NCBI RefSeq assembly: GCF_018350175.1
Contig: NC_058368.1
Span: 41,356,001-41,420,000 of the forward strand
DNA length: 64,000 nt
Reading direction: 5' to 3'
Source: Felis catus
Lineage: Eukaryota
Part shown: in pieces, positions 1 through 12,645 of the stretch
How the letters are laid out: every line of letters begins with the position of its first letter
Position numbering within the stretch: position 1 is the first letter of the stretch
Program-made: the position numbers and the translations under genes
The notes under the pieces: generated by a model
Told to the model about the DNA's origin: nothing
Databases searched by the model: none
The model's input: only the letters and a program-made list of their open reading frames with translations

Positions 1-15
1 GATATAAATAGAAGG

Positions 16-647
16 TTTTTTTTTTTTTTCTTAATTTATTTTTTTAAATTTAATTTATTTTTTTATTTTTTAAAATTTACATACAAATTAGTTAGCATAC
101 AGTGAAACAATGATTTCAGGAGTAGATTCCCTAATGCCCCTTACCCATTTAGCCCATCCCCCCTCCCACAACCCCTCCAGTAACCCTCAGTTTGTTCTCC
201 GTATTTATGAGTCTCTTCTGTCTTTTCCCCCTCCCTGTTTTTATATTATTTTTGTTTCCCTTCCCTTATGTTCATCTGTTTTGTCTCCTAAAGTCCTCAT
301 ATGAGTGAAGTTATCTGATTTTTATCTTTCTCTGACTAATTTCACTTAGCATAATCCCCTCTAGTTCCATCCACATAGTAGCCAATGGCAAAATTTCATT
401 CTTTTTGATTGCCGAGTAATACTTCATTGTGTATATATACCACATCTTCTTTATCCATTCATCCATCGATGGACATTTGGGCTCTCTCCATACTTTGGCT
501 ATTGTTGATAGTGCTGCTATAAACATGGGGGTGCATGTGTCCCTTCAAAACAGCACACCTGTCCCATAGATAAATGCCTAGTAGTGCAATTCCTGGGTCG
601 TAGAGTAGTTCTATTTTTAGTTTTTTGAGGAAACTCCATACTGTTTT
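16..647 (-). mobile_element. LINE-1 3' end fragment (ORF2 C-terminus + 3' UTR + poly-A), carnivore-type, 3' UTR differs from the L1 at 2819
   Basis: T-rich tail from 16; ORF 311..526(-) MFIAALSTIAKVWREPKCPSMDEWIKKMWYIYT is the L1 ORF2 C-terminus; no clear TSD. Confidence 0.92.
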
Positions 648-2481
648 ATTTTACATAGAGCAATAAGAAAACATTAAAGGGTATTAAGAGGTTTCTGATA
701 GGAAGATATTTGTTATTTGTAACATTGTATGCAATGTTGGAAAAAACAATAGGTTGAGAACAAAAAAGAGCCACTTCAATAAGAAGTGACTAGCTTTGAT
801 TAGAATGGTGGCAGTGAGAGTGAAGAGCAGTAGAAGGATTTGAAAGAAATTGAGGAAGAAGTAAAAGAAAATGCTGTCTGCTGGGTCTAGATTCAGCCTC
901 ACCCCTTTTATAAATGAAGCAATCCCACGGGTTCTAGGGTTATTGGAAGCTGACCACTCTCAACCTATTGCCTACCTGGGAATTGCTTGCCAGAAGAAAG
1001 CCACGTGACCCCCAGGCATGACCCATTTCCATAACCAACCTGCTTTTAACAAAGGACCAATGCAGAGTTATACAATTCTGGATGATTTATTATTACACAT
1101 AAATAGCAACTAGAACATGCTTATTGTTTCTAACATCTGAGGTTTACTTTTAGTTCATGGTATCTTGTAAACGACATGTGACTAATGCGATTGAAGTAAT
1201 GCTCCTATGTGAAATGGCTGCATCTCTCATGGACACTCTACTAAAGGAGTTCATATACTTGAATGGACATTGCTCTGAGAAGTAGTAATTGTTGTGGTAG
1301 TGCACGGTGGTGAGGTGTTATCTTTCTCAGCCAGGCTTAGGATGTTTCCTGATTAATTTTCACTGTTTGGAAGGTTCAAAAGTGCTATGTATTTTGGCTA
1401 TTGGATAGCCAAAATATGCACACAATGTCACATTTCTCACTGGGAAACATTTCACTGAAAGGCTAAGTGATGGCTGATGCTAGAAATACACTTACAACCT
1501 GAATAAAAGTAAAGAAAATAGTAGCAAGGAAAAGTTACCGGAGCACCTATACTATGAGGAACTCAACATATTGATATTAAACTTCAACATCACAGAAAAC
1601 TCAATGTTTTCCTCTAAATTTTAGAAGGCCTTACAAGTCTATAGAAGGCCAACAATATGCCTTCTGGTTGAGTTAAAATGCAAATCTCCACCAATGAATA
1701 CTGAATCAAAATTACTTGCTCCTTTCCACATTGTGTTTCTCCAGAATGTTGGCTATAGGTTACCGGAATGACCCAGGAAAGAGGCGAGAATGTGATGATC
1801 TTTTTGGCTGCAACAAGTGAATTTCTCTGTGACTCTTCCCTATGCTTCCTTAGTACCTTTGTTTTGAAATGAGGAGAGAAGGGTGTGCTTTCTGAAATGA
1901 GCCACAGTTCAAGGAGTCCTTACTTTTAAGTTTTCCAATTGCTTCTCTTCCTGGCGACAATTATTTAAGAGTGTTCTTGATTATTATTAAATCTGGCAGG
2001 TTCATCCTGAGTGCCCGCAGTGCACCAGTTCCTTTTGGAAAGCTGGAAGGAGGAGAGAGTGACTGCTATAGAGAGAATAACATCCATCTGAAACTGCGCT
2101 GAGCTTTGACCTTGGCAGTTTTTCTTTAGCTACTTCTAGCATTTATTCAGAGTGGGCAGTGACTCATCGGCTCTGTCACTATTGTGGTCATGTTATATTA
2201 ATTCTAAAGCCTTGGTGCAGCAGAGTTTCTAACTTTAATCCTCATTTGTGTACCATAAGAGTTCAGACTTGAATACACTTAACCTTCAGAGTAAACTTAT
2301 TTTGTGCTTTTTAACATTGTATGAAAATAATAAGGGTCTGGTTATGAGATAGCAATTGTAATTGTAGAATAAGGTTGATATAATAATTTGCTGGACTAGC
2401 TTATGTGTGGCAACTGTATGCTGGCATTTCAAAAGTAATTTGCTAACTTTTCTTCCCATAATTAGAAAATAAAATGTTCCT

Positions 2482-2690
2482 AGCGGTGCCTGGGTGTGCC
2501 AGTTGGTTAAGTGTGTGACTTCGGCCTAGGTCATGTTCTCGCAGTTCCCAAGTTTGAACACGGTATGATAGCTGAGAGCCTGGAGCCTTTTTCAGATTCT
2601 GTGTCTCCCTCTCTCTCTGCCTCTGCCCCACTCACACTCTGTTTCTTTCAAAAATAAATAAAAACATTTTAAAAATTCAAAAAAAAAGAA
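2482..2690 (+). mobile_element. Can-SINE (diverged)
   Basis: Degenerate head gcggtgcctgggtgtgccagttggttaag, body gagcctggagcc...ttcagattctgtgtctccctctctct, A tail; approximate TSD aaaatgt(t/c)cct. Confidence 0.9.
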
Positions 2691-3028
2691 GAGAAAATGT
2701 CCCTTTTGTTTCTTTTCTCCAGGTACATTACAGTAGAAATTTTATCTACACACCCACATACAACATTAATTTTACACCCTATAGACATATAAACATGACA
2801 TTTAAAATATATTTATTATTTTTTTCAATATATGAAATTTAATGTCAAATTGGTTTCCATACAATACCCAGTGCTCATCCCAAAAGGTGCCCTCCTCAAT
2901 AACCATCACCCCCCACCAACCCTCGGTTTGCACTCAGTTTTTAAGAGTCTCTTATGCTTTGGCTCTCTCCCACTCTAACCTCTTTTTTTTTGTCCCTTCC
3001 CCTTCCCCATGGGTTTCTGTTAAGTTTC

Positions 3029-6000
3029 TCAGCATCCACATAAGAGTGAAAGCATATGGTACCTGTCTTTCACTGTATGGCTTATTTCACTTAGCATCAC
3101 ACTCTCCAGTTCCATCCACGTTGCTACAAAGGGCCATATTTCATTCTTTCTCATTGCCACGTAGTACTCCGTTGTGTATATAAACCACAATTTCTTTATC
3201 CATTCATCAGTTAATGGACATTTAGGCTCTTTCCATAATTTGGCTATTGTTGACAGTGCTGCTATAAACATTGGGGTACAAATGCCCCTATGCATCATCA
3301 CTCCTGTATCCCTTGGGTAAATTCCTAGTAGTGCTACTGCTGGGTCATAGGGTAGGTCTATTTTTAATTTTTTGAGGAACCTCCACACTGTTCCAGAGTG
3401 GCTGCACCAGTTTGCATTCCCACCAACAGTGCAAGAGGGTTCCCGTTTCTCCACATCCTCCCCAGCATCTATAGTCTCCTGATTTGTTCATTTTGGCCAC
3501 TCTGACTGGCGTGAGGTGATATCTGAGTGTGGTTTTGATTTGCATTTCCCTGATGAGGAGCGACGTTGAGCATCTTTTCATGTGCCTGTTGGCCATCTGG
3601 ATGTCTTCTTTAGAGAAGTGTCTATTCATGTTTTCTGCCCATTTCTTCACTGGGTTATTTGTTTTTCGGGTGTGGAGTTTGGTGAGCTCTTTATAGATTT
3701 TGGATACTAGCCCTTTGTCCAATATGTCATTTGCAAATATCTTTTCCCATTCCATTGGTTGCCTTTTAGTTTTGTTGATTGTTTCCTTTGCTGTGCAGAA
3801 GCTTTTTATCTTCATGAGGTCCCAATAGTTCATTTTTGCTTTTAATTCCCTAGCCTTTGGAGATGTGTCAAGTAAGAAATTGCTGCGGCTGAGGTCAGGA
3901 GGTCTTTTCCTGCTTTCTCCTCTAGGGTTTTGATGGTTTCCTGTCTCACATTCAGGTCCTTTATCCATTTTGAGTTTATTTTTGTGAATGGTGTGAGAAA
4001 GTGGTCTAGTTTCAACCTTCTGCATGTTGCTGTCCAGTTCTCCCAGCACCATTTGTTAAAGAGGCTGTCTTTTTTCCATTGGATGTTCTTTCCTGCTTTG
4101 TCAAAGATGAGTTGGCTATACTTTTGTGGGCCTAGTTCTGGGGTTTCTATTCTATTCCATTGGTCTATGTGTCTGTTTTTGTGCCAATACCATGCTGTCT
4201 TGATGATTACAGCTTTGTAATAGAGGCTGAAGTCTGGGATTGTGATGCCTCCTGCTTTGGTCTTCTTCTTCAAAATTACTTTGGCTATCCAGGGCCTTTT
4301 GTGGTTCCATATGAATTTTAGGATGGCTTGTTCTAGTTTCAAGAAGAATGCTGGTGCAATTTTGATTGGGATTGCATTGAATGTGTAGATAGCTTTGGGT
4401 ATTGACATTTTGACAATATTTATTCTTCCAATCCATGAGCACGGAATGTTTTTCCATTTGTTTATATCTTGTTCAATTTCCTTCATAAGGTTTCTATAGT
4501 TTTCAGCATACAGATCTTGTACATCTTTGGTTAGATTTATTCCTAGGTATTTTATGCTTCTTGGTGCAATTGTGAATGGGATCAGTTTCTTTATTTTTCT
4601 GTTGCTTCATTCTTAGTGTATAAGAATGCAACTGATTTCTGTACATTGATTTTGTATCCTGCAACTTTTCTGAATTCACGTATCAGTTCTAGCAGACTTT
4701 TGGTGGAGTCTATCGGATTTTCCATGTATAATATCATGTCATCTGCAAAAAGTGAAAGCTTGACTTCATCTTTGCCAATTTTGATGCCTTTGATTTCCTT
4801 TTGTTGTCTGATTGCTGATGCTAGAACTTCCAACACTATGTTAAACAACAGTGGTGAGAGTGGACATCCCTGTCGTGTTCCTGATCTCAGGGAAAAAGCT
4901 CTCAGTTTTTCCCCATTGAGGATGATGTTAGCTGTGGGCTTTTCATAAATGGCTTTTATGATCTTTAAGTATGTTCCTTCTATCCCGACTTCTCGAGGGT
5001 TTTTTTTTTTTTCAGAAAGGTTGCTGAATTTTGTCAAAGGCCTTTTCTGCATCGATTAACAGGATCATATGGTTCTTATCTTTTCTTGTATTAATTTGAT
5101 GTATCACGTTGATTGATTTGCAAATGTTGAACCAGCCCTGCCTCCCAGGAATGAATCTCACTTGATCATGGTGAATAATTCTTTTTATATGCTGTTGAAT
5201 TCAATTTGCTAGTATCTTATTGAGAATTTTTGCATCCAGATTCATCAGGGATATTGGCCCGTAGTTCTCTTTTTTTTTACTGGGTCTCTGTCTGGTTTAG
5301 GAATCAAAGTAATACTGGCTTCATAGAATGAGTCTGGAAGTTTTTCTTCCCTTTCTATTTTTTGGAATAGCTTTAGAGGGCTAGGTATTATCTCTGCTTT
5401 ATTTATTTATTTTTCAACATTTATTTATTTTTGGGACAGAGAGAGAGAGAGCATGAACAGGGGAGGGGCATAGAGAGAGGGAGACACAGAATCGGAAACA
5501 GGCTCCAGGCTCTGAGCTATCAGCCCAGAGCCTGACGCGGGGCTCGAACTCACGGACCGCGAGATCGTGACCTGGCTGAAGTCGGACGCTTAACCGACTG
5601 CGCCACCCAGGCTTGAAATGTCTGGTAGAATTCCCCTGGGAAGCCATCTGGTCCCGGACTCTTATTTGTTGGGAGATTTTTGATGACTGATTCAATTTCT
5701 TGCCTGGTTATGGGTCTGTTCAAGCTTTCTATTTCCTCCTGATTGAGTTTTGGAAGCATGTGGGTGTTTAGGAATTTGTTCATTTCTTCCAGGTTGTCCA
5801 GTTTGTTGGCATAGAATTTTTCATAGTATTTCCTGATAATTGCTTGTATCTCTGAGGGATTGGTTGTAATAATTTCATTTTCATTCATGATTTTATCTAT
5901 TTGGGTCATCTCCCTTTTTCTTTTTGAGAAGCCTGGCCAGAGGTTTATCAATTTTGTTTATTTTTTCAAAAAAAAAAAAAACCGACTCTTGGTTTCATTA

Positions 6001-7074
6001 ATCTGCTCTACAGTTTTTTTTTAGATTCTATATTGTTTATTTCTGTTCTGATCTTTATTATTTCTCTTCTTCTGCTGGGTTTAGGCTGTCTTTGCTGTTT
6101 TGCTTCTATTTCCTTTAGGTGTGCTGTTAGATTTTGTATTTGGGATTTTTCTTGTTCTTGAGAAAGGCCTGGATTGCAATGTATTTTCCTCTCAGGACTG
6201 CCTTCGCTGCATCCCAAAGCATTTGGATTGTTGTATTTTCATTTTCGTTTGTTTCCATATATTTTTAAATTTCTTCTCTAATTGCCTGGTTGACCTATTC
6301 ATTCTTTAGTAGGGTGTTCTTTAACCTCCATGCTTTTGGAGGTTTTCCAGACTTTTTCCTGTGGTTGATTTCAAGCTTCATAGCATTGTGGTCTGAAAGT
6401 ATGCATGGTATGCTCTCAATTCTTGTATACTTATGAAGGACTGTTTTGTGACCCAGTATGTGATCTATCTTGGAGAATGTTCCATGTGCACTCGAGAAGA
6501 AAGTATATTCTGTTGCTTTGGGATGCAGAGTTCTAAATATATCTGTCAAGTCCATCTGATCCAATGTATCATTCAGGGCCCTTGTTTCTTTATTGACTGT
6601 GTGTCTAGATGATCTATCCATTTCTATAAGTGGAGTGTTAAAGTCCCCTGCAATTACCACATTCTTATCAATATGGTTGCTTATGTTTATGAGTAATTGT
6701 TTTATATATTTTGGGGCTCCGTATTCGGCACTTAGACATTTATAATTGTTAGCTCGTCCTGATGGATAGACCCTGTGATTATTATATAATGCCCTTCTTC
6801 ATCTGTTGTTACAGCCTTTAATTTAAAGTCTAGTTTGTCTGGTATAAGTATGGCTACTCCAGCTTTCTTTTGACTTCCAGTGGCATGATAAATAGTTCTC
6901 CATTCCCTCACTCTCAATCTGAAGGTGTCCTCAGGTCTAAAATGAGTCTCTTGTAGACAGCAAACAGGTGGGTCTTGTTTTTTTTATCCATTCTGGTACC
7001 CTATGTCTTTTAGTTGGCGCATTTAGTCCATTTATGTTCAGTGTTATTACAGAAAGATATGGGTTTAGAGTCGT
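3029..7074 (-). pseudogene. L1 ORF2 (endonuclease/reverse transcriptase), broken by frameshifts, stops and a SINE insertion
   Basis: EN motifs ITLNINGLN, GDFNTPL, SDHNAMKL (6295-7070); RT motifs [18 protein letters not shown] and LFADDMILY (4591-5052); C-terminal [13 protein letters not shown]; homopolymer expansions near 5000 and 5970. Confidence 0.96.
5401..5612 (-). mobile_element. Young SINEC_Fc-like Can-SINE inserted in L1 ORF2
   Basis: CpG-rich body (gtcggacgcttaaccgactgcgccacccaggc), (GA)n and T-rich tail; interrupts L1 at tctctgcttt / aaatgtctggtag. Confidence 0.97.
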
Positions 7075-7121
7075 GATGTCTGTACGTTTCATGCTTGTAG
7101 TGATGTCTCTGGTACTTTGTC

Positions 7122-7388
7122 TCACAAGATCCCCCTTAGCATCTCTTGTAGGGCTGGTTTAGTGGTGACGAATTCCTTCAGTTTTTGTTTGTTTGGGAAG
7201 ACCTTTATCTCTCCTTCTATTCTAAATGACAGACTTACTGGATAAAGGATTCTCGGCTGCATATTTTTTCTGTTCATCACATTGAAGATCTCCTGCCATT
7301 CCTTTCTGGCCTGCCAAGTTTCAGTAGAGAGATCGGCCATGAGCCTTATAGGTCTCCGTTTATATGTTAGAGCACGTTTATCCCTAGC
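7122..7388 (-). pseudogene. L1 ORF1 C-terminal fragment
   Basis: ADLSTETWQARKEWQEIF...QPRILYP...KLKEFVTTKPALQEMLRGIL is the conserved ORF1p C-terminus. Confidence 0.95.
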
Positions 7389-7715
7389 TTAAAATATATT
7401 TATTACATAACCTATGTGTATACTGAAGTCAATTTATGCCTTGGAAATATTTAAACTAGTGAAGATTTACGGGACAGTAAGGTAATAACATGTAAATGTT
7501 ATATATGTGTTCTGTATTCTGGTCATGGCATGTGTGTATGTGTATATGTGTGTGTATTCACAGGCATACAGGCTTATTTATTTATATTATTTAGAAAACA
7601 GAGTTCTGGAAAAATATGTTACCTTCCTTTAATAGAATCTAAATTAGAAAAAATGCCCATTTCATTGAGGCAAAAACATAAAAATAGGCATTTAGTGTTT
7701 AAAAACATAGTGCTC

Positions 7716-7917
7716 GGGCGCCTGGGTGGCTCAGTCAGTTAAGTGTCCTACTTTGGTTTCAGGTCATGATCTTGCAACTGGTGAGTTCAAGTCCTATGTC
7801 AGGCTCTGTGCTGGCAGCTCAGAGCCTGGAGCCTGCTTCAGATTCTGTGTCTCCCTCTCTCTTTCTCTGTCGCTTGTGCCCTGTGTCTCTCTCTCTCAAA
7901 AATAAAGAAACATTAAA
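7716..7917 (+). mobile_element. Can-SINE
   Basis: gggcgcctgggtggctcagtcagttaag head, CT tract, A tail; TSD aaaaa(ca/tg)tagtgct. Confidence 0.96.
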
Positions 7918-9237
7918 AAAAATGTAGTGCTATTGTGACTAAAAAATACCACACATCGTTCATATAAAATCTGCATTTTCTGCAATACCCACAAATGCAA
8001 ACTAACACATGAGGAAAACTGGACATTTTATGGAAGTCATTGTAGAAAAGTAGTCCTTATTCCCTGCAGCAGAAATTTAAATCTTCTTAAGTTATATCAG
8101 AATTACATCTTCCAAAAAAATACCTCTCCAATTTTATCTTTGAAGTACAGCTTTTAAAATGTTATCTTAATTAGATTTGATCATTTTCGATAGTGAGTTT
8201 ACCATTTTATATAAAGTACATTTGATCATTTATTTCTTTTGAATAAAGTGAGTAAAATCATACACTTCCCCTCCCACCTTTTCACATCACATGGTTATAT
8301 TTTGCAGTAATTCTCTTTTATTGTTGTTCATCAATTGAATTAATGAACTGTGAAATCAGTTATTATTCTATGTATCTAAATTATAATTTCTAAATTGATG
8401 CTTCCTTTAACCCATAAAAATCTGGGAAGCATTTTTTAGAAGTTCTTCGAAAAGAGTTAAGTAAACAACATTAAAAAAGCTGTTCGTGCGTGAGGAAGTG
8501 TAAATCACTAGCTGTATATGTGGTTCTAACTGAGGCGCTGCACTGTCTATATAGCAAGCTACAAGTAAATGGTGTTGAAAGTACTCTGTCAGGATGGATC
8601 TGTCCTCTGGGTCTCCACCGCACATAATTAGTTTCATGTAAAATGACTGCTTTCCAAGTTTATTATATATGAATTTAATATACCAAATAGATAGAATACA
8701 AGAAATAAGTGGAAAAATTTCAAAAGATTTATATTTCTCTAGTGAGCCCCAAAATAGCCTATCCTGTATCCCTCTCAGTTACCACAGGATGTGTATTACT
8801 CTGACTTTCCCCACAAGTGAGGTGATGAACTGCTTGGCGACGGGCTTTTTACTTTTTCCTTTTTTTCTTCTGTGGATAAAAAAGAGAAACCTGTAAAGAG
8901 GATACATGACCGAGTTTGTAAAATTGAAGTGAATGCAAAAATAACACGTCTCCCATATAAAATGCTTGAATTCTGAGAATCCCTGAATGATAATTTTGGA
9001 AAATTTGATAGGTGCCTTTCAGTTTGGTTCAGGTCATCTAGTTTATTTGTTATTGATAAGAGGAATACAACAAGGAAATTAATTTGATAGATATACTTTG
9101 CTTGTTAAAGTTGTCCATGATCTCATATTTATTTTAGGCAGCTTTTGTTTTTATAATGCATTAATAGGGATTTTCATGGCATTTTCTTTTTTTCCCTTAG
9201 TATTAGACATGTACATTTTTCTTGTACAGAAGTAGGA

Positions 9238-9416
9238 TTTTTTAAAAAATGTTTATTTATTTTTTGGAGAAAGAGAGGGAGACATAGAATCCCAAGCAAG
9301 CTCCACACTGTCAGTGCAGAGTGCAACACAGGGCTCGAACTCACAAATCATGAGATTATGACCTGAGCCAAAATCTAGAGTCGGTCGTTTAACCAACTGA
9401 ACCGCCCAGGCACCCC
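9238..9416 (-). mobile_element. Can-SINE
   Basis: T tail, agaatcccaagcaagctccacactgtcag, ends cccaggcacccc; flanking gaagtagg duplication. Confidence 0.93.
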
Positions 9417-9925
9417 TGGAAGTAGGTGTTGTTTTTTAACAATATCTTTTTTACATTAAGAGCTATACTTAATCAAACATGAGATCTTCAAAGCCAGAGA
9501 CAGCTCACTGTAGACTATGTATTTGATGGATCAGATAACTTATAATATACATGTTCAGACGCTGTGTCTTTAAAATTCCTTTCTTTGATGATTTGTTCTG
9601 ACAGTTCCTCAGTCATTTGCTAACATATCTTTCTGTTTGATTCTCTAAGATACGTTGTTCTCTGACATATATACTTTGTTTACTTTTTCCTGGTATATTT
9701 GACCCCAGCTTTCCCCCCAAACATCATCATTCCCACTCTCTATTTCAGTGTTCTTGCCAAACTGGGTTATTTCTGTGTCCTTAGTACCTAGAATTTTGCC
9801 ATGTACCTCTAGAAATCAAGAATATCATTTAAAAATACTTTAAGTATCAAGGACAAAAAGTAATATATATGATACATATTTTAAGCATTAACCATGAATT
9901 TAGCAATAAACTACAATCACACAGT

Positions 9926-9926
<1 letters not shown>

Positions 9927-9966
<40 letters not shown>
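9927..9966. repeat. (GT)20 microsatellite
   Basis: Direct reading. Confidence 0.98.
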
Positions 9967-9971
<5 letters not shown>

Positions 9972-10926
9972 AGAACTGAATCTTAAAATTATGTTTTATT
10001 GAGATATTTTCCCAAATGTATTGCTGACACCATGATCCAAAAATTTCACTATAGTAGGCAAAAACCAGTTAGATTAAGGAATGTGGAAACTGAAAGAGTG
10101 AAACAGACAAAGACAGGTATCAAAAAGCTGTAAACAATGTAGGAAACACACATTCAGGGTATAAAACTCAGTTATATCTTTGACTCCCCTGTGCTCCTAT
10201 CTACTAAACATTCTGTGAACATGCTCTGTACATTTACAATTCTAAGTGCAGCATTTTATTTCTCCACCCCAAAGGATTACAGCTCCAATTTTTCTACCAG
10301 AAAGATCATTTAGAGTATTTAAGGCTTAGCTCATTTGCCATGGCTTCTCTAAGTGCTTTCTAATCCCACCAGAATATCACCCCAGTGTGCAAGGGTTTCA
10401 TTAGACCTTGGAAGATATTGTGTGATTCATGTCTGTTTTCCCTGCTGGATTTTAAAGTCCTTCATTATGGGTGCATACTTTATTGATCTTAGCAACCCAG
10501 GGCAGAAGAGGATACCTTGTGTATAATTTTCTATACATAATGAAATGCAATATACCAAGGTGGGAAAGGTGTGAGCTTGGAAACCAGAGGAGAAGGTTCT
10601 GTCTCCCAGAGGGCTTTTCCTCATCCCTCCCAGTCAACACATCACGCTACCTCTGCCCCTTCTGATAAGATAGCTAAATTCCTTAAGACTCTATTTACTA
10701 CTTATGAATTCAGAAATTTAATGCTCACTTCATAGAGTCTTTATAACAATTAACATGATCTACCATATGTAAAGAATTAAGACATTCCATATGTAACAAT
10801 TGTACTGTTAATATTTTAATAATTGTTTTTTTTAATAGAAATCGATTTAGGTAGACTGTTGAACAAGTTAGAATTACGAACAAGTCATAAGCAATTGTGA
10901 GCTGTTTCTTTCTAACCTTGGATCAG

Positions 10927-11635
10927 TGTGTTTATTTTCTATTGCTATGTAGCAAATTGCTGCAAACTTAGTGACTGAAAACAATACCCTTTCATTGTCT
11001 AATAGTTCCATTGATTAGGAATCCTGGGAAGTCTTAAGAGAGGGTCTCTACTCTGGTTCCCATGAGCCTGCATCAAGTGTTACCTAGGATCAGGGTTTCA
11101 TTTGAGGCTCAGGATCCTCTTCCAAGCTTGCTGGTTGTTGGAAGAATTGCCTTCCTTGCAGCAGTAGAACTCATGGAGGCTGTATTTAAGACCAGCAGGA
11201 GAGTCTCTAATGTTTAAACTTTAAAATAAAAAATCTGGGTGCCTGGCTCAGTAGGTTAAGTGCCTGACTCTTGGTTTTGGCTCAGGTCATGACCTCACGG
11301 TTCTTGAGTTTAAGCCCTGCACCAGGCTCTACACCAACAGTGCAGAGATTGCTTAGGATTCTCTCACTCCTTGCCCCTCCTGCACTGCTCTCTCTCTCTC
11401 TCTCAAAATAAATAAATAAAGTTAAAAAAAAAACCCTACCTGGCTATGTCAGGCCCATCTAAGATAAATGTCTTTCTAGTTAACTCAAAAAGAGCTAACT
11501 ACTAATGTTATCGTGGGAATGACATTCCATCATAACCACAGATTGAATACACACTCAAGGGTATGGCATTATACAGCATGTGTATACCCCAGATTGAGAA
11601 TGTGAGGGGACCATCTTAGAGTCTTGCCTACCATA
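10927..11635 (-). mobile_element. MaLR LTR (MLT1D/E-like), interrupted by a SINE
   Basis: Starts ttttctattgctatgtagcaaattgctgcaaacttagtgact; ends ggggaccatcttagagtcttgcctaccata, typical MLT1 termini. Confidence 0.8.
11237..11433 (+). mobile_element. Can-SINE nested in MLT1 LTR
   Basis: gggtgcctggctcagtaggttaag...ctcaggtcatgacctcacgg, CT tract, aataaa/A tail. Confidence 0.93.
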
Positions 11636-12645
11636 TTTAAGCTAGAAAATGCATATTTATAGTTATGTATTATAGCAATGTACTCATATATGGATGAACA
11701 AATGGTTTCAGCAATGTCTTGGAATATACCAAGTGAAGGATCGTGAAAATGCTAATGGAGTTCTTGTATGTGAACAAGTTGTATCTCAGGCACTGAAAAT
11801 ATGATACCTATGTAGAAAATAAGCACATTTGTATTTTAAAAATTCATGATTACCATTGAAATAAATAGTAGGCATGTGTCTCCAGGATAAATATGAACTA
11901 ATGTTCTATGTCTTAATTAGTGAAGAAAGAGGATTCTGGTAAAAATTACACACACACACAATACAGTAAGGAAAAGGTGTTCAATTTGGTTGGGAAGGAT
12001 TTTGGTTTGAGTGGTCTTTGGACAGAAGAAGCAGGATACTCAAGAAATGAGTGTTTCAAGAGAACTAAAGAACGGCAGGGAGAGAAGGAAGGAGATAGAG
12101 AGAAAGGCAAAAGTAAAGGGAGGGAGAAAGAGAAGGAGAGAAGGAGATGGAGGCAGAGAGAGAGGAGAATGGGGAAAAAAGCATGCCCCACTCTATTCAC
12201 TACAATAAAGGCAGAAAAAAAGGTGAAAATGAGCATTAAGAAAATGACTCTAAAATGAAAACCTTAAAATATGTCCAAACAGATACATAGGAAATTATTC
12301 AGAAAACTATTCAAAAAGAAATTATATATTTAGTTACAATTTATTGTTAATTTAGAAAACTCAAACTTTTTTAAACCAAAAAGCTTATATCATGAAAATA
12401 TTTCAACATTATTTTTAAACTTCAAAAACATCACACCTTGCCCAACTGCTGCCCACATACTCTAGAAGCAAACAAGGGATTCTTAGTAACAAGCAGACAC
12501 ATTTGCTTTGTGTTTCTTCTGTGGTATACAGGAATAGACTTAGGCCAAATTTTGCATTTTTTTTTTTGGATATCATTTCTCAGAAGCAAAAGTTGAGGAA
12601 AGATTTTTTTAACATCTTTTATTAATTCATCAAATTGGCAAATAA

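Larger units (their letters stand above)
2819..7388 (-). mobile_element. Feline-type LINE-1, 5'-truncated within ORF1, non-functional
   Basis: Ordered minus-strand ORF fragments for ORF1 C-terminus, endonuclease, RT and C-terminal domain; perfect 17-bp TSD ttaaaatatatttatta at 2802-2818 and 7389-7405. Confidence 0.98.

Noticed and set aside
2842..3183. Plus-strand ORF MSNWFPYNTQCSSQK..., repeated at 54231
   Set aside because: Antisense reading of the L1 3' UTR; the similarity reflects two L1 copies
3029..7388. Active L1 or domesticated reverse transcriptase
   Set aside because: No 5' UTR, truncated ORF1, ORF2 fragmented by frameshifts and a SINE
11920..12258. Lys/Glu/Arg-rich 112-aa ORF
   Set aside because: Purine-rich low-complexity sequence with no recognisable domain
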